Assembly (NCBI RefSeq): GCF_964213995.1
Contig: NC_135816.1
Location: forward strand, 29,326,001-29,390,000
From: Mustelus asterias
Taxonomy: Eukaryota
DNA: 64,000 nucleotides
Direction: 5' to 3'
The notes under the pieces were generated by a model. It ran no database searches, was not told the origin of the DNA, and was given only the letters and a program-made list of their open reading frames with translations. Positions 60,808 through 64,000 of this stretch are shown in pieces (the stretch's first letter is position 1; each line of letters begins with the position of its first letter). A program made the translations under genes and the position numbers.

Positions 60808-61098
60808 TCGTAGAATCCCTACAGTGCAGAAGGAGGCCATTCAGCCCATCAAGTCTGCACTGACCACAGTTCCACCCAGGCACTATTCCTGTATACCCCT
60901 GACACTAGGGTTAAGTTAGCATGGTCAACCAACCTAACCCACACATCTATGGACTGTAGGAGGAAACTGGAGTACCCGGAGGAAGCCCACGTAGACACGA
61001 GGAGAAAGTGCAAATTCCACATAGACAGTGATCCAAGCTGGGAATCGAACCTGGGTCCCTGGTGCTGTGAGGCGGCAGTGCTTGCCATTGTGCCACCC
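60808..61098 (-). mobile_element. V-SINE tail A
   Basis: tagaatccctacagtgcagaaggaggccattc terminus; reverse-complement core and head. Confidence 0.85.
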
Positions 61099-61309
61099 CA
61101 AATGGATTGGAACAGCAGCCCTTTTCCTATCTCCATACTCAAAGTGCTAGTGACCACCATTCTCAATTCCAGTCACAAACCTGACACCTGTTTTGCTGTC
61201 CCAAGTCATTGGGGCCTAGCCTATGTCTGAATTTAGAAGCAATGTGACCTATTATTGAAACAGGGTTTTTTTTTTTGACACATGATTGCAAATGATTATT
61301 CTATTGTAG

Positions 61310-61426
61310 ATCTGTGTGAAAGGACCAAATGTGTTCAAAGGCTATCTCAAAGACACTGAGAAAACAACTGAAGCACTGGACAAAGACAGTTGGCTGCATA
61401 CTGGGGACATTGGAAAATGGTTACCT
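61310..61426 (+). CDS. ACSL6: ACSL6 exon 17 (117 nt; start of the FACS signature)
   Basis: ttgtag| [39 protein letters not shown] |gtaaga. Confidence 0.96.
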
Positions 61427-62718
61427 GTAAGAATTTATCATTTAAATATCATTGTTTGGTATAACTGAGAAATTGTTTATTTATGGTAATGATTTAGAAA
61501 TAATGGGCAGAATCCTCCGATAATTTGTCATGTGAGTTTCAGTGAGAAAATTGGTATGTGGCACTCCAGCTGCACACCAGGTTTTCCACAGAGAATCGAG
61601 GGGTGTGGTTTCTGCCATCACTCTGGTGGGGTGGGCCTGATAGAGCCAACAACACCGACTCCAGAGGTCAGGGATTGAGGCACCATTTTGTAACTCTGCA
61701 TTTGAAATAAACTCCCCCCTCCCCCACAGACAAGTTTTTACATACTGATTGTAAATGTTAGCGAATAAGAATATTCAGTGAGCGGGGGACGGTGAGTAAG
61801 AATATTCAGCGAGTGGGGGGATATATTGTGGGGAAGCCCTTTACCCAGTTATTACATTTATTGAAATTAGGTTCCTGTCCCATTTTGGGTGGGAGGGACA
61901 TTGTTACATCACCAGTGAGGGATGTGGAAAATCGAACATTTTCCAACTTGCGTGGTCACGTTGCCGTTTACACTGGGTAACGTGGGTTTAAAATCACTTC
62001 CAATACATTTTGAAAATGTTGCCTTTTTATAAAACACAATGCACAACTCTGAATGTTATTCTAGATTCATATCAAAACATTATGAATATAAGTATAAAAT
62101 CTATCTGTTTATAGAATGATGGGCAATTACACAACTGATTGGCACATCAAGGGGGCAATTCTCTCAGCCCACTACGCTCTGCCTCTTCTCCCCCCCCCCC
62201 CCCCTCCCCAGCTCCCTGCCAGGAGTGGTTCACCCCAATGGGGTTCAGTGTAGCTCCCCACCTGTGGGGAGCTGGTGGCCTGACCCCGCTGAAGTGAAAG
62301 GAGGGGGGGGCAATCGAAGTCCCCTAGAGTGTTGGGCATGGGGTGGGGGGGTGTCCCCTGGGCGTTGCCATCTTAGCAGTGCCAGCCTGGGCCCCTGGCA
62401 CTGCCCAAGGGGCCAAGTGCCAATGCCCAGGGGACACTCTGGCACTGTCCAGTGGGCATAGGGCAGTGCTAAGGAGTATGGCCTGATTTTTGGGGGGGGG
62501 GGGTGCAGGGGCAGAGCCTCTGGGGGGCAGTTGGTGGATCATGTTGCCACTCTGCATTTGGGCAGAGGGAGGGAGGCCAGCGATCAGGTTAGTCGCCCCA
62601 CCTCCCTGCCATTGTCTCTTTTTGTACATTCTGATGCACTTTTTTTTTAAGGAATAATACTGTGATTTATAATGCACTTAATGACAAGAAGGTGGGATTT
62701 TTGTTTTATTACCCACAG

Positions 62719-62862
62719 AATGGCACTTTGAAAATCATAGACAGAAAGAAACATATATTCAAACTTGCTCAAGGAGAGTACATTGCACCAGAAAAAATTG
62801 AGAATATCTATGTACGGAGCGAGCCTGTGGCCCAAGTGTATGTGCATGGAGATAGTTTGCAG
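62719..62862 (+). CDS. ACSL6: ACSL6 exon 18 (144 nt); gene continues past the window end
   Basis: ccacag| NGTLKIIDRKKHIFKLAQGEYIAPEKIENIYVRSEPVAQVYVHGDSLQ |gtgaaa. Confidence 0.96.
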
Positions 62863-63149
62863 GTGAAAATGGATTTTTAATATTTTCAATGATAAAATGA
62901 ATTATAACAATTGTACCTGAACATTTCAGTTATGTGACTCGTTTAAAGAATATGTTTTCACCTTTTTTTGGTTATTTGCTATCTTTTTTCTCCACTTCCC
63001 ATTTTGTGTTTTGTATTTTACGACCGTCTATTGCTACAACTAATGTGTTGAAATACATTAAATATGTCACAATGTCTATTATAGCAATGCAATACTGTAG
63101 CAAAATTTCAAGGGGAGAAACCGCCATCTGTGGTTAACTACAAATTAAA

Positions 63150-64000
63150 GACTGCACTGAATTTAAAAAAGCATACAATTGTGCAAGGATGGGTGGCAGG
63201 TCAGAAGATTGGACAGAATATAAAGAACTACTAAAAGATTAATTGAGAGAGAAAAATTGAAGAAAGCTAGATAGAAATATAAAAACCAAGAGTTTCTAAA
63301 GATATTTAGAAAAGAGTTAACTGAGTGAGCAGAGATGGCTGATGAATTGAACACTTATTCTGCATCAGTCTTTACTATAGAAGAAATGGTTGTAATCAGG
63401 AAATGGGAGGGAGGAACTCAAATTACAATCACCAGGGAAATGGTACTGAACAAATTGTTGGAGCTGTGGGCTTTATCCTACAGTCAGAGAACTGGCTAGT
63501 GAGATAGTTGATGCATTGGGTTTGACTTTCCCTCGTCAGCGAAGGTTCCAGTAGGTTGAAAAATGGCAAATGCAGCTCTGTTAATCAAAAAGGGCCATGA
63601 TGTAGAGATGCCAGTGTTGGACTGGGGTAGGCACGGTAAGAAGTCTCAACACCAGGTTAAAGTCCAACAGGTTTATTTGGTAGCACAGGCTTTCGGAGTG
63701 CTGCCCCTTCATCAGGTCACCTCAAGTTTGTGCTACCAAATAAACCTGTTGGACACTAACCTGGTGTTGAGACTTCTTACTATTCAAAAAGGGAGGAGGC
63801 AGAAAACCAGAAACTACGTGCCAGTTAGCTTAACAACTCTGTGGGAAACTGTTAGAAGCTGTTATTAAAGATATTATAAGAACATCACCTCGATAAATTC
63901 AATCGGGCAGAGTGAACATGGTTTTGAGAGAGGGGAATCGTGTTTAGCCAATTTCTGGACTTCTTTGAAGTAATAAGTGCTGTAGAAAAAGCGGAACTTC
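63150..64000 (+). mobile_element. Decayed CR1-type LINE ORF2 fragment (runs off the window)
   Basis: ANAALL..KKG...RNYVPVSLT; gaacatggttttgagagaggggaatcgtgttta. Confidence 0.75.
63596..63780. mobile_element. Self-inverted Penelope-like mini-element, family 1, with hammerhead core
   Basis: 52-bp inverted arms (63636-63687 / 63729-63780, 2 mismatches); minus-strand CTGATGA-AGGGGCAGCACTCC-GAAA at 63715-63691; TSD taatcaaaaaggg / tattcaaaaaggg. Confidence 0.8.

Noticed and set aside
63636-63780. Long hairpin as a pre-miRNA gene
   Set aside because: Multi-copy, with variable breakpoints and TSDs; better explained as a mobile element.
1-64000. Prokaryotic systems (CRISPR arrays, operons, defence islands)
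   Set aside because: The sequence is a spliced vertebrate gene with vertebrate retroelements; I saw no regularly spaced repeat-spacer array.

Overview
Eukaryotic genomic DNA. The repeat content points to a cartilaginous fish (shark). The window lies within one + strand gene, the long-chain acyl-CoA synthetase ACSL6. I traced 18 exon segments from 3190 to 62862 with consistent splice phases; either gate exon gives 594 codons from the ATG at 3216. The first exon and the last exons are not in the window. The most notable gene feature is a pair of 78-nt mutually exclusive 'gate' exons (F-type 36348-36425, Y-type 36473-36550). They are only 47 nt apart and are flanked by PTB-like and QKI-like motifs. 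Other gene features are a GC-AG intron, a stop-free in-frame 120-nt intron and a G>S change in the DGWLHTGD motif. The introns are dense with transposons: CR1-type and Rex1-type LINEs, several tRNA-derived SINE families (one with two alternative LINE-derived tails), a decayed Gypsy provirus with both LTRs, a fossil Harbinger transposase with related MITEs, and hAT MITEs. There are also two families of very short, self-inverted Penelope-like insertions with 11-14 bp TSDs and hammerhead-ribozyme remnants. Almost all ORFs in the supplied track are spurious or TE-derived. Repeat boundaries are approximate, family names come from recognition rather than database search, and exon numbers follow the mammalian gene as I recall it.
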